Origin: Spirochaetia bacterium
GTDB lineage: Bacteria > Spirochaetota > Spirochaetia > DSM-2461
NCBI GenBank assembly: GCA_963668315.1
Contig: OY764216.1
Span: 5,088,001 to 5,152,000, forward strand
Direction: 5' to 3'
DNA: 64,000 bases
This document shows positions 8,839 to 19,029 of this stretch, piece by piece. The number at the start of each line of letters is the position of its first letter. Position 1 is the stretch's first letter. The translations under genes were made by a program, and so were the position numbers. Below the pieces are notes generated by a model that saw only the letters and a list, made by a program, of their open reading frames with translations, made no database searches and was not told the origin of the DNA.

Positions 8839-11437
8839 GGTTATGCCGGGCAATCGCCAGTTTTGCAATGGGAATCCCATAGGGTGAGCAGGAAACATAA
8901 TTCAGTCCTACTTCCTTGAAGAAATCCACATTTTCCGGTTCAGCTCCGTGTTCTCCGCAAAGTCCCATCTTCAGATCAGGTCTGACCATGCGGCCCCTTT
9001 GACCGGCAATGCTGATAAGTTCCTTAACAGCCGTATTCAGCGAAGAGAAGGGATTCTTTTCCAGAAGGTCAAACTCGTTATAATCAGGGAAGAATGTATT
9101 AAAGTCATCCCTGGATAATCCCATGGTAGTCTGGGTCAGATCGTTCGTACCGAAACTGAAAAAATCGGCATATCGGGCTATCTGACCGGCGAGAATAGCC
9201 GCTGAGGGTAACTCGATCATCGTACCGACATGGTAGGGAAGAATATCCACTCCGAGCCTTTCCCGTACCTCTTCTTCAATAGTTTCTATACCCACGATCT
9301 CCTTGCCTTCGATCTTCTTGCCGTATCTGACAGCTTTAAGCTCGCTGGGACTCATGACGATAGGAATCATAATTTGCGGACTGGAGATAATATTATCTTC
9401 CTTGCGAAGCTTATAGGCCGCCTCAAAGATAGCAGTAACCTGCATTCTATATATTTCCGGTATGGAAATGGCCAGTCTAACGCCCCTGTGTCCAAGCATG
9501 GGATTCACTTCCCCGATGATGTCACAACGGTTCCGGATCTCTTCGGCGGTAACACTCGGGTGGGATTTCTGGAAGAAGGAAACGAACTCGTCCATTTTCT
9601 CTTTCGTATGGGGAAGAAATTCATGGAGGGGAGCATCGAGCAGTCTTATGGTAACAGGCATTCCATTCATGATCTTGAAGAGTTCATAGAAATCTGTCAT
9701 CTGCATTTTCTGCAGCTGTTTCAAAATCTTATCCCGGTCCTTGCTGTCATCGGTGATGATCATAGAACGGAAGATAGGAATACGTTTATCGTCAAAGAAC
9801 ATGTGCTCAGTCCGGCAGAGTCCGATTCCTTTAGCACCGAATTTTTTTGCCAATTCCGCTTCCCGAGGCTGATCGGCATTAACATAAACGTCGAAGTCCT
9901 CAATTTTTCTCTGAACGATTTCCATAAAGTCCAGCAATCCGCTCTCTTCTATGGATGGCTCTATCAGATCAACCTTACCGAAATAGATCGTAGGTTTATC
10001 ATAGGAAGGAACATCAAGAGAGAGATAATCCCCCTCATTTACCTGTATTCCGTTTATCTTCATTCCCTTATCGTTAAACTTGATATCGGGATTGATCATG
10101 GCAATCTTACCAAGGGAACGGGCTACTACCGGAGCATGGGATGCATATCCCCCGTCTCTGGCGATAACCCCGCGACTGACTTCAATAGCCTTTACATCTT
10201 CGGCATAGGTTGAGGGCATGGCCAGGATGAAGTGATCTTCCAAACCTCTCTGATGGGCGATCCTGGCTTCCTTGACAAGTCGTTCGGTGGAAAAGAAGAC
10301 ACGTCCCACGGCGGCACCGATAGCACCGGAGATTCCCCCTTTCACGGACTTGATCTTTGCCGCTGAAGCTTTGTTCAGAACGGGGTGAAGTATCTCGGCC
10401 AGACGGGGAGGACGGATATCATTCACCGCATAGGCATCGTCAATCAGCCCCTCCTTGTGAAGGCTCAGTAAAGTCTGAATTTCCGCCATGGCGGATTTGT
10501 TCGTAGCTTCATTCTGATCAATGATCCAAAGCTTTCCGTCTTCCACAGTAAACTTTATTCTGCGAATCTCTTTATAATGAGCCTCAAGGGTCTTTGCCAC
10601 CGGTATCAGCGCATCAAGATATTTACTATTCAGCTTGAGAATGTCCGCACCCGTGGAATCCATTTCATCAAAGGAGTCCTTGAAATACAAACCGGAAAGC
10701 TCATTTTTACCGGTTTCAATATCTCTGGTATAGAAAAATCCGGAATAGCTCTCTTTGCCGTAATTACCGAAAGTCATGGACTGGATAAGAAGAGCCGAAT
10801 CGTTCAGGACCTCACTCTTTTTGAATATCTCTTTATAGCGGGTTAGAACATAAAGGAGCTGAACATCGGCATTTTCAAACAAATCAGCAGGATAGAAAGT
10901 CTTGATTTTCTTCAGAAATTCCTTCGTCTCGGGAATTCCCTTGGCTGCGGAAGCTTCATCGATGAGAGCGGATATTTTTTTCAATATCTTCTCATCCTGT
11001 TCAAGTTCCTGATCAAGAAGGAGAATTCTTTTAAGCATTCCTCTGTATTCGTGATAGGCGAACTCCTCCCCCACCTTATCGGCGAATCCGCCCAGGGTAG
11101 TGTCGCAGAGACCTATATTGTGAATACTGAAAGTAGTATCAACCATATTTAAAGTCGTGCTGACAACAACTTTCACGAGGAGAGGGTTTTCACCGCTGTT
11201 ATACTGCTTTTCAACAATCGGTTCCATCGTACCAAGCTGCTCATTCAGCATGGTCAGAGTTTTTTCCCTATTCTCCTCTAAAGTCATAACTGTATCGTTT
11301 GTCAAAACGAAACCGGGAAGAATAGGAATATCCAGAGCAGCCAGCTCCATCATTCGCTGTCCGCGGACACCGCAGAGTTCCAATTCCTGGTCATTTTCTG
11401 CATACACGGTTTTACTGAAGGGAAATACGGCATTCAT
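8828..11437 (-). CDS. ppdK: Pyruvate,phosphate dikinase homologue with degenerate nucleotide-binding domain (PEP-utilising, Enzyme-I-like)
   Basis: GGYASHAPVVAR (His434), GIGLCRTEHMF, EVNPMLGHRG, FSFGTNDLTQ and GLCGEHG are intact. N-terminal ATP-grasp motifs are altered. Confidence 0.9.
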   Translation of the reverse strand: MNAVFPFSKTVYAENDQELELCGVRGQRMMELAALDIPILPGFVLTNDTVMTLEENREKTLTMLNEQLGTMEPIVEKQYNSGENPLLVKVVVSTTLNMVDTTFSIHNIGLCDTTLGGFADKVGEEFAYHEYRGMLKRILLLDQELEQDEKILKKISALIDEASAAKGIPETKEFLKKIKTFYPADLFENADVQLLYVLTRYKEIFKKSEVLNDSALLIQSMTFGNYGKESYSGFFYTRDIETGKNELSGLYFKDSFDEMDSTGADILKLNSKYLDALIPVAKTLEAHYKEIRRIKFTVEDGKLWIIDQNEATNKSAMAEIQTLLSLHKEGLIDDAYAVNDIRPPRLAEILHPVLNKASAAKIKSVKGGISGAIGAAVGRVFFSTERLVKEARIAHQRGLEDHFILAMPSTYAEDVKAIEVSRGVIARDGGYASHAPVVARSLGKIAMINPDIKFNDKGMKINGIQVNEGDYLSLDVPSYDKPTIYFGKVDLIEPSIEESGLLDFMEIVQRKIEDFDVYVNADQPREAELAKKFGAKGIGLCRTEHMFFDDKRIPIFRSMIITDDSKDRDKILKQLQKMQMTDFYELFKIMNGMPVTIRLLDAPLHEFLPHTKEKMDEFVSFFQKSHPSVTAEEIRNRCDIIGEVNPMLGHRGVRLAISIPEIYRMQVTAIFEAAYKLRKEDNIISSPQIMIPIVMSPSELKAVRYGKKIEGKEIVGIETIEEEVRERLGVDILPYHVGTMIELPSAAILAGQIARYADFFSFGTNDLTQTTMGLSRDDFNTFFPDYNEFDLLEKNPFSSLNTAVKELISIAGQRGRMVRPDLKMGLCGEHGAEPENVDFFKEVGLNYVSCSPYGIPIAKLAIARHNLKK

Positions 11438-11454
11438 AGACTTATCCTTACAAT

Positions 11455-12426
11455 TTAAAATAGATCAAGAACCGCTCCGACCGGTCCATCGAGAAAGGCT
11501 TCGAAACGGGAACTGGCACCTTCGAAAAGATACTTTTTCAGTTTGGCAACACCTTTGATATCCGCTCCGGCCACGCTGAACATGATAGGGTTACCCCTTT
11601 TCACCTTTCCCCACTTAAAAAGGGCATTAATATCGTTTATTCGTTCACCGTCATACCATATAAGAACATCGCAACCGGGATGGGCAACTTTGTAACTTTC
11701 AATGATTTTCTTCCATGCTTCAACATTACCGTTGTGAAAAAGCTCATTGGTTACGGTAATACCGTATTTTGTAGAAATACGCCGCGGGCCTCCCGGGGCG
11801 GCAGACAGTTCTGAAGGTTCCGCCTCGGAGATTTCGGGAGCGGCAGGAGCTGCCGGCTTTGCCTCCACGGGAATAGAAGCGGGAACCGATTTTCCATCGG
11901 AATAGGCTTTTTTGCCCTTAATATTCGCCCCATAAAGAAGTTTGTAAAAATCGTCGACACAATCATCAAGACTGCTTTTATCAATTCCACTGTCACCGGA
12001 TGGTCCGGCATAAAAAACGATCATTTCACCGTCGTAAAGAGGTAGGTCATTCCACTGGTCTTTGTCCGCAGGATTAATGACGCTCACTTTCCCGTCCGTA
12101 TCCCAGACAAGAAGAACGAGGTGGCATTTATTCCAACCGGCAAGAGTTTCGGCAATTTTATCAACTTTCCCCAGCTTCCCCTTTATATTATGGGAGCGGT
12201 AGGAAAATCCAAACTTATCAACAAGAAGAATATTAATGATGGGAAGTATCTGATATTCATCAATTTCCCGGTTTCCCAGCGACTCATTAATCGCGTCAGC
12301 GAGGTTATACCCCTCGCTGACGTCGTCTGAGAAACCAAGGGCCATTTTGAAATGGCCCAAAGCAAGGTTAAACCCCGCTCTACTAGATAATAGGTTTAAT
12401 TTATTATCCTGTATGGTTTCAGTCAT
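11455..12426 (-). CDS. Uncharacterised protein with C-terminal HPr-like domain after a Pro/Ala linker
   Basis: Tightly coupled between cfpA and the ppdK-like gene. The C-terminal ~90 aa align by eye to HPr, with His231. Confidence 0.75.
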   Translation of the reverse strand: MTETIQDNKLNLLSSRAGFNLALGHFKMALGFSDDVSEGYNLADAINESLGNREIDEYQILPIINILLVDKFGFSYRSHNIKGKLGKVDKIAETLAGWNKCHLVLLVWDTDGKVSVINPADKDQWNDLPLYDGEMIVFYAGPSGDSGIDKSSLDDCVDDFYKLLYGANIKGKKAYSDGKSVPASIPVEAKPAAPAAPEISEAEPSELSAAPGGPRRISTKYGITVTNELFHNGNVEAWKKIIESYKVAHPGCDVLIWYDGERINDINALFKWGKVKRGNPIMFSVAGADIKGVAKLKKYLFEGASSRFEAFLDGPVGAVLDLF

Positions 12427-12428
12427 AT

Positions 12429-14390
12429 TTACATATCTCTCAGTTCATCAAGATTTACTTTCTTCCTTCTGGAAGGAGTTACATCGGCTTTTCCCTTGGG
12501 AGCGGCGTCTTCACTGGCAGGTGAAGCCAGTTTCTGCGCATACTCGGCTCTCGTGGGTTCTGTTTCTGCAGAAAAGCTCTGATTGATGTCGTCCCTGACA
12601 GTAGAACGTCTTCTCTTGAAGGAAGCAAATGCTGCATCCTGGAATCCTTTGGATATGCCGTTGAGGAACTCATTAAGCACATTGGCCATGGAATTCAGAG
12701 TGTACTTCTTTCTCTTGATGCTGGTGATATCAACATCAAGAAGCAAACCGGGCTGTACATGATAGGGATTGATCAGGTAATCAAAATCATTGAATTCCCT
12801 GTTCAGAAAGGCAATTCTTTCATCAATAACGACACGGGTCTTGGGATTCTGGTAACCGTAGATGAGGCTGACCTTCTCAGAGGTTTTCTTAAGCATTTTC
12901 TTAAGAAGATCTTTCTCGTAGAGATAAGTCTGGTTAAGCTTCTCTACATCCGTATCCTCTTCACGAATTCTCAGGATCTCGTTCCAGGTTTTTTCCTGCT
13001 CTTCATAGATGGGATCACCGGATACATCCTTGATGGTTTTCTTGATTCTGCTTCTGACCTTTTTAGCCAGATCATCAAAATCGTTAACAGCCATAGCCTT
13101 CTTGCTGCTCTGGTAAACAACTTCGACGACATCAAACACATGGGTGATTTCCTGCTGGAAAGCATTCATCTGTTTGTCATAGGCTTCACGCTGTTTGATC
13201 AGCTGAGAACTATCGTAATATTTGAGTCTCATGCTGTATCTTTCATCGGGGAGAAGATCTACATCGGTCTGCTCATACTCGCGAAGGACCAGTTCACGGG
13301 CTCCTTTAAGGTTCTCAACATACTGATACCCCATCTTGCTGGTATCCAGAATTGAGGTAAGGTTGTTGATGGATGTATTGAAACCGCGGTTTCTGATATT
13401 TTCCATATCAACGATCTTCTTGATGTTTTCACGGATGTTCAGAGGATCGAATTCCTCGGGATCAATCTCGGCTCTGAGACCTTCGATCTTATCGACAAGG
13501 TTCTTTGCCATGAAAGTATATCTCTTGGAATCTTCGCTTTCCGCATCATCGTCGGTGAATTCGGGAACACGCTTGATCTTCTCAAACATCATTTCCGTAT
13601 CGGAAAGTTCTTCCTTACCTTCGTCTACGAGCTCATCCTGGTAGATCTCGATTTCCTTGTCGATCATTTCTGTTACGGTTTTGGAAATCTGCTCTTTGAT
13701 GATGTACTCTACGGTTGCCTGGTACTGGAAAATCGGACTGATAAGCTCGGAATCAAGAATATTGATGGAGAGCTTTACGTCGGAAACGGTTTCCGGTTTA
13801 CTGGCGTTATCCTTAAATGAACACTTAACGATGGAGTAAGCATTTTCACCACGGATAAAAGCACCAACATCAGTTTTCTGGCGGAGAAGGGAGTTGGTCT
13901 CGTTTTCAAGATCATTCAGTCCTCTCTGTACATGTCCCTGAAGGTGACCGTACATGTTAACAATGGACTTCTCAATCTCACCGGTGTTGAACTTGTCGGC
14001 ACCGCCAATCTGATCAAGCATTTCGGCAATTTCTTTGGGAGTATAACGGGCCAGCTGTTTCTGCTCTTCCTTATCGATGAAACCTCTGATCTTTTTGACC
14101 ATTTCATCTTCGGAAGTAACCACGTAACGGTTGAACATGTTCTGATAGTTCTGGTTGACGTAGTTATAAAGCTTCTCCTTGAGACCGCCCATGACTTCCA
14201 ACTGCTGAAGCACTTCCTTGGGCAGTTTAGTCTGAACGACATTTAATACTTTATCCGCTTCTTCGTTTATTAGTCTTTCATACTCTTCTTTCTGGGATCT
14301 TCCTTCCTGGGCCAGAGAGTTTCTGGAACCTACGGCCGAAGGTTTAGTAGGATGAAATACATTCGGACTTCTGGGCAATTCACCTGCCAT
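12429..14390 (-). CDS. cfpA: Cytoplasmic filament protein A
   Basis: N-terminus [24 protein letters not shown] is typical of spirochaete CfpA; coiled-coil-rich; strong codon bias. AGAGGAG RBS lies 6 nt before the ATG at 14390. Confidence 0.93.
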   Translation of the reverse strand: MAGELPRSPNVFHPTKPSAVGSRNSLAQEGRSQKEEYERLINEEADKVLNVVQTKLPKEVLQQLEVMGGLKEKLYNYVNQNYQNMFNRYVVTSEDEMVKKIRGFIDKEEQKQLARYTPKEIAEMLDQIGGADKFNTGEIEKSIVNMYGHLQGHVQRGLNDLENETNSLLRQKTDVGAFIRGENAYSIVKCSFKDNASKPETVSDVKLSINILDSELISPIFQYQATVEYIIKEQISKTVTEMIDKEIEIYQDELVDEGKEELSDTEMMFEKIKRVPEFTDDDAESEDSKRYTFMAKNLVDKIEGLRAEIDPEEFDPLNIRENIKKIVDMENIRNRGFNTSINNLTSILDTSKMGYQYVENLKGARELVLREYEQTDVDLLPDERYSMRLKYYDSSQLIKQREAYDKQMNAFQQEITHVFDVVEVVYQSSKKAMAVNDFDDLAKKVRSRIKKTIKDVSGDPIYEEQEKTWNEILRIREEDTDVEKLNQTYLYEKDLLKKMLKKTSEKVSLIYGYQNPKTRVVIDERIAFLNREFNDFDYLINPYHVQPGLLLDVDITSIKRKKYTLNSMANVLNEFLNGISKGFQDAAFASFKRRRSTVRDDINQSFSAETEPTRAEYAQKLASPASEDAAPKGKADVTPSRRKKVNLDELRDM

Positions 14391-14436
14391 AATCATCTCC
14401 TCTTTTACTGTTGTGGTGTAGGATTATCTAAAAACA

Positions 14437-14465
14437 ATTATAAAACAGTATACTCCTTATTTCAA
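14437..14465 (-). promoter_or_regulatory. Sigma70 promoter of cfpA operon
   Basis: TTGAAA-N17-TATAAT on the minus strand with AT-rich upstream sequence. Confidence 0.75.
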
Positions 14466-14518
14466 AAAAAACATAGAAAGTTTTTTTTTATGACCTGTAT
14501 ACAGCTTCTATAATACTT

Positions 14519-17248
14519 TTAGTGCCTATCTAGCCAGCTCTGCACTTCCTTCCTGAAGTTTTCGCAGTTACTGGTTTCAATCAACTCGTTCATCTCCTTA
14601 ATATAGGGAGAGACATCCAGCCCCTTCTCATAAGAGTCGGAGTATTCATTTTTCAACTTTTCAAATATATTTGTATGTTCAGCCAGTTCGCTCTCAAGGA
14701 GGCGAGCAGCGATATACCAGATATTGTCATCGGGCTTAACCTTATAGACGAGATCCCCCGGGATCTTCAGTACAAGCCCCGGCTCGATTATGGTGGGGTC
14801 GGCCCCGTCGACGACATGAAAACCAAGATCACGGTAACCGTTCATAACCGAAATGGCATTCGCCTTCAGATGGATATCAGCCATGGTGATTCGGATTCCC
14901 CCCACCGTGAAGTCATCAAGAAAATCATTGTCCATGACAAAGGGTTTCGTGACTATCGTGTCTGCCGTATCAATAAACTTGACTTCAGGACTATCCGTGC
15001 CGTTTTCCGCCGGAATAATCTCGGCATCTCCCCCGGAGAGAGGTGAAGAATCGGGAACATCCTCGCGACCGGTGAGAACACGTTCACCCGAAGCATTGGG
15101 ATCTCCTGCGTTACCGGACCTGCCTGCCGCGCTGTCTCCCGAACTTTCTCCCGTGGAGTATCGGTCATTACCATTTGTTACGGAATCACCGGTTCCTACG
15201 GCAGCGTTTTCACCGTCGACACGGCCTTCGGCTCCCTGTGCCGTATCTGACCCGGTTTGCATACCGGAGGCAGATGGATCAGGACTCTGATCCTGTGCAG
15301 GATGCCCCTGCGTCTGTGCTCCCGATTCCGTGACCGTTTCGTTGTCGCGGGAAGAAAAATTCCGGCGGACAAATGATCTATCGCCTCTACCGAAATAATC
15401 ATAGCCAAGAAAGCCGAGAAGAGCCAGCAAGAGAAGGAGCAGACCGATTATGGGCCATTTTCTCCCTTTGGAGGAAGAGGCTCCAGGCCTGCCTGTGGAT
15501 GGCCCTGAGAAACTCGCTGAGCCGGGTTGATTGAAAGAAGAAGCCGGTTTAGTGGTTGAGGATGAATCCGATGATGCAGCGGCGGAGGAGGCCGCTTTTT
15601 TCGCAACGCTTTTCTCCTCGGCAAGACTCTCTTCATATTTTTTCATATCCTCCCAGAGAGTGCCCTCATTCAAGGCGTTCAGTATGGCTTCCAGCCTCTT
15701 TCTCTCAGAGAAGAAAAAATCGACCTCTTTCTTATCGCACTGAAGCAATGCCTCATGCATATCGGCCGCTTTTTTGCGGTCACCCGCGGAAATATCAAGC
15801 TTATAAGGAAGATAGAAGCATCCATCCCCGTAACAGTTAGCCGAAAAGAGAAAATCGTCAGCCTGCTGACGGGGCGGGGGGAAGGTTTTACCGAGCAGTC
15901 CTGCCGCTTCTTCCGCTTTTTTAGCCAGGGGTCCTTCCTCCCGGGAGAGAAGGGAGAGAAAAACCACGCAGTTGCAGGCAAATATACCTACCCTTTCATC
16001 TCCCCCTTTCCCGGAATTCCGAAGAAGCCTTTTCATTTCGGCGAAGCTCTTTTCCTGGGGAGGGGAAAGCTGGTTCTTATTTTCTCTCAATCCATCGAAT
16101 AGTCCCGCTACAGCTGAAGCCGTCTCTTTTACAAAAAGAATATCATCGGCCTTCATCTCACTTCGCAGAAGAGCGCGGGAGGTTCTATCGATATAGAGCT
16201 TTTTCAGTTTTTCCCAATCGGGGCTGTCACTGTATATCCTGACCGGAACACCATCGGGAAGAAGACAGTCCTGTTCCACACCATTAAAATTGAGAAATAC
16301 CCCGCCTTTTTCATTAATTTTCGCTGAGATTTTATCGTCCAGATGAAATAGAAAGCTGTCTCCTTCCCATTCTCCGGCAGTTCCATTCCATTCGAATTTT
16401 CCCTTGGCGGAAATATCCTTGAATTGTATGGGGACATCTCTGGATTGCACGTATTCAAAGAGGGGCTCAATTTTCCCGGAAAAGCTCTTATCCCTGGAAA
16501 AGAAGGTCATGGGATTCTTTGCGGCTATGCCTCTTTTAATGAAGTTCATGACACCGGCAGACTTATCCCCTTCCATCTCATCAGGTTTGAGGTCAACCAG
16601 AATACCTTCCAGCCTGTCGGGATTCCATCCGGCACGGGCTAACTTTTTGAAATAGTTTTTATCCCATTTCAATCCCAAAAGTTTGCTGCCGTCAAAAAAG
16701 TAAAGATCCTCCCCGACGCGGAACAGCCCCTTCTCCCTGATACTACCCCCTTCCCAACGGAGAGGATTTTTTCTGAAGATAGTGAGGATTTCAGAGCAGT
16801 AGTAATTATAATGGCGGTCGGATTTTTCTCTCGCATAAAGATCAAAGAGCCTCTGCTCCCCGAAAGTCACGACAATATTGCCCGTATTGTAAAAGTAGAC
16901 ATGATCCTTCCCTTCCCTCTCTTCCTGCTCCCGATAGGAGATGACGTCAGGATCGGTTACATGGAAACGGTCAAAGAAACTTTTGATAACCTCAACAATC
17001 TTAGGCTCGCCCAGATAGCGCCCGCGGTATTTGTGAGTAAGACCCACTTCGCCGAAGGGATTACCTGTGAAAGATTCGGTGATCACAGTATGAGAAATTA
17101 CTTCCAAAACCTGTTCATTCAGCCAGGAACTGTTCCCGATACGAACAAAAGGTTTTATGTCAAGTTCATCTATTCCAAGAAAAAGCAGATAGCATTCACG
17201 GTCAATCCTGAACACTCTGTTCTCCCATGGAATTTGAGTAAAGCTCAT
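14519..17248 (-). CDS. Large bitopic membrane protein with C-terminal LysM-like motifs
   Basis: One TM segment (WPIIGLLLLLLALLGFLGY) flanked by Ser/Gly-rich linkers. DPTIIEPGLVLKIP and YKVKPDDNIWYIA resemble LysM motifs. Confidence 0.75.
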   Translation of the reverse strand: MSFTQIPWENRVFRIDRECYLLFLGIDELDIKPFVRIGNSSWLNEQVLEVISHTVITESFTGNPFGEVGLTHKYRGRYLGEPKIVEVIKSFFDRFHVTDPDVISYREQEEREGKDHVYFYNTGNIVVTFGEQRLFDLYAREKSDRHYNYYCSEILTIFRKNPLRWEGGSIREKGLFRVGEDLYFFDGSKLLGLKWDKNYFKKLARAGWNPDRLEGILVDLKPDEMEGDKSAGVMNFIKRGIAAKNPMTFFSRDKSFSGKIEPLFEYVQSRDVPIQFKDISAKGKFEWNGTAGEWEGDSFLFHLDDKISAKINEKGGVFLNFNGVEQDCLLPDGVPVRIYSDSPDWEKLKKLYIDRTSRALLRSEMKADDILFVKETASAVAGLFDGLRENKNQLSPPQEKSFAEMKRLLRNSGKGGDERVGIFACNCVVFLSLLSREEGPLAKKAEEAAGLLGKTFPPPRQQADDFLFSANCYGDGCFYLPYKLDISAGDRKKAADMHEALLQCDKKEVDFFFSERKRLEAILNALNEGTLWEDMKKYEESLAEEKSVAKKAASSAAASSDSSSTTKPASSFNQPGSASFSGPSTGRPGASSSKGRKWPIIGLLLLLLALLGFLGYDYFGRGDRSFVRRNFSSRDNETVTESGAQTQGHPAQDQSPDPSASGMQTGSDTAQGAEGRVDGENAAVGTGDSVTNGNDRYSTGESSGDSAAGRSGNAGDPNASGERVLTGREDVPDSSPLSGGDAEIIPAENGTDSPEVKFIDTADTIVTKPFVMDNDFLDDFTVGGIRITMADIHLKANAISVMNGYRDLGFHVVDGADPTIIEPGLVLKIPGDLVYKVKPDDNIWYIAARLLESELAEHTNIFEKLKNEYSDSYEKGLDVSPYIKEMNELIETSNCENFRKEVQSWLDRH

Positions 17249-17418
17249 AGGGGGACTCCTAAGATCAGTATATTTATTATAAAATAATATACCCTTCCCC
17301 TGTAAAAATACAACAACATTTTTTTTTATTCATGCCGGGAGATAAGTATTTTTATCCTGTTCTCATGAAGAAAATGAAGATTATGAAGATATGGAAACCG
17401 GAATAAATTGTAAAAATG

Positions 17419-19029
17419 CTATTCCTTCTTGAATATCCGATAATCAAGATCGGGAAAGATATTATTCCTTTTTTCCAACCGGGTAAGCCATTCCGTTTTT
17501 ACACAATTACAGCAGAGGGTTTCATAGATATAGTTAAAATTGTTGATATGGTTTTTAACCCTCTTAATGGCGTAGGGAACCGTTGTTCCCGTCTTCATAA
17601 TAAACGGCCAGTCCGAAGCCTGAGCCAGAAGCACTTCCCTGGCGGCCTGATCAAGAGTCCTTTTTTTAAGGCCTGTCTCATTAGGATATCTCTCCACCAG
17701 TTCGCTCATGCGCTCAATAAGCTTATGGGAATGGCGGTATATCCAATCGTTGCTTCCGTCAAGCCAGACCTGTCCGTACCCCTGTTCACCCCAGCTCGAA
17801 TAGGCGGGAGTAGTTCTCTGGTTGATAGGATAGGCGGACAGGTAATCGGAGGGAGTGACAAGATTCAACTCGCCCTTTGTCCCATGGATGCCGCGGATAA
17901 CTTCCTCGAGAAAACGGGGCCCCTCGAACCACCAGTGGCCGAACAGTTCGACATCGAAGGGAGCCAGGATAAGAGGAGCCCTGTCCATAAGGCCCTCCAG
18001 GGTTTCCGCCTGGCGCAGTCTGTTTTCCACGAAGGTCTGGGCGTCTTTCTTCACCTGTTCCTCCGCCAGATCGGGATAGTACAGATGCTTGTTTTCAAGG
18101 CTTTTCTTTCCGGAAATAGCATAGTACTTAAAACCGGTATTCACGGCAAAAGAACCGTCTCCGACAAATCTGCCGATATAGTCAAGGGGCAGGTCAAAGC
18201 CGATATCCCTGTAAAAGTCACGGTAAACAGGATTTCCCGGAAACCCTTCTTCAGCGGACCAGATGGACTGGGAGGCTGCCCGGTCCCGACCGAAAACGGC
18301 GACACCGTTCTTGCACTCTATGGGGCTATATAAACCGTACTTGGGACGCTCATCGGCATAGAGAATGCCATGGGCCGATGAAATAAAATATTTAATACCC
18401 ATAGGCTCAAGATACTCTTCAAGGCCCGGTGAATAACCGCATTCGGGGAGCCAGAAACCGCTGGGTGTTTCGGAAAAGACCGATCGGTGAAAATCAATGG
18501 CCGTATTGATCTGAGCCCTCATATTCTGGGGGTATTCCTGATAATGGGGCAGGAAGCAGTGTGTTGCGGCGGTTGTAATGATCTCCAGGTAACCCTTCTG
18601 CTGCCATTCGGCGAGGGGGGTCAGAAGATCCCGGTTATACACACCTGTATATTCTTCGTAGCAAAGAGTATAGGCTTTATGATACATCTCGGCCAGACGG
18701 AATTCGTCGTAAACCGAAGCGGTACGTTTCTTCTCTTCCTCGGCCAGCTGAATAAGTTTCTCGAGCCGTTCGATATAGCGGTCGGATAGCAGCTTATCGT
18801 TCAGCATACTGCCCAGGGTAGGAGAAACACTCAGAGTGATACGGAAGGGGATCCCGTCTCTCTCCAGATTTTTAAAAAGGCGCAGTATGGGGAGATAGGT
18901 TTCGGACAGAGCCTCGAAAAACCAGTTTTCCTCAAGAAACCAATCGTACTCGGGATGCCTTACAAAGGGCAGGTGAGCATGGAGGACCAGGGCAATCCCC
19001 GCTTTTCCGTTCAGGCTGTTCCTTTTCAT
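17419..19029 (-). CDS. GH57 family 1,4-alpha-glucan branching enzyme (DUF1957)
   Basis: HAHLPFVRH, GFWLPEC, PFDVELFGHWW and AQASDWPF motifs. Confidence 0.92.
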   Translation of the reverse strand: MKRNSLNGKAGIALVLHAHLPFVRHPEYDWFLEENWFFEALSETYLPILRLFKNLERDGIPFRITLSVSPTLGSMLNDKLLSDRYIERLEKLIQLAEEEKKRTASVYDEFRLAEMYHKAYTLCYEEYTGVYNRDLLTPLAEWQQKGYLEIITTAATHCFLPHYQEYPQNMRAQINTAIDFHRSVFSETPSGFWLPECGYSPGLEEYLEPMGIKYFISSAHGILYADERPKYGLYSPIECKNGVAVFGRDRAASQSIWSAEEGFPGNPVYRDFYRDIGFDLPLDYIGRFVGDGSFAVNTGFKYYAISGKKSLENKHLYYPDLAEEQVKKDAQTFVENRLRQAETLEGLMDRAPLILAPFDVELFGHWWFEGPRFLEEVIRGIHGTKGELNLVTPSDYLSAYPINQRTTPAYSSWGEQGYGQVWLDGSNDWIYRHSHKLIERMSELVERYPNETGLKKRTLDQAAREVLLAQASDWPFIMKTGTTVPYAIKRVKNHINNFNYIYETLCCNCVKTEWLTRLEKRNNIFPDLDYRIFKKE

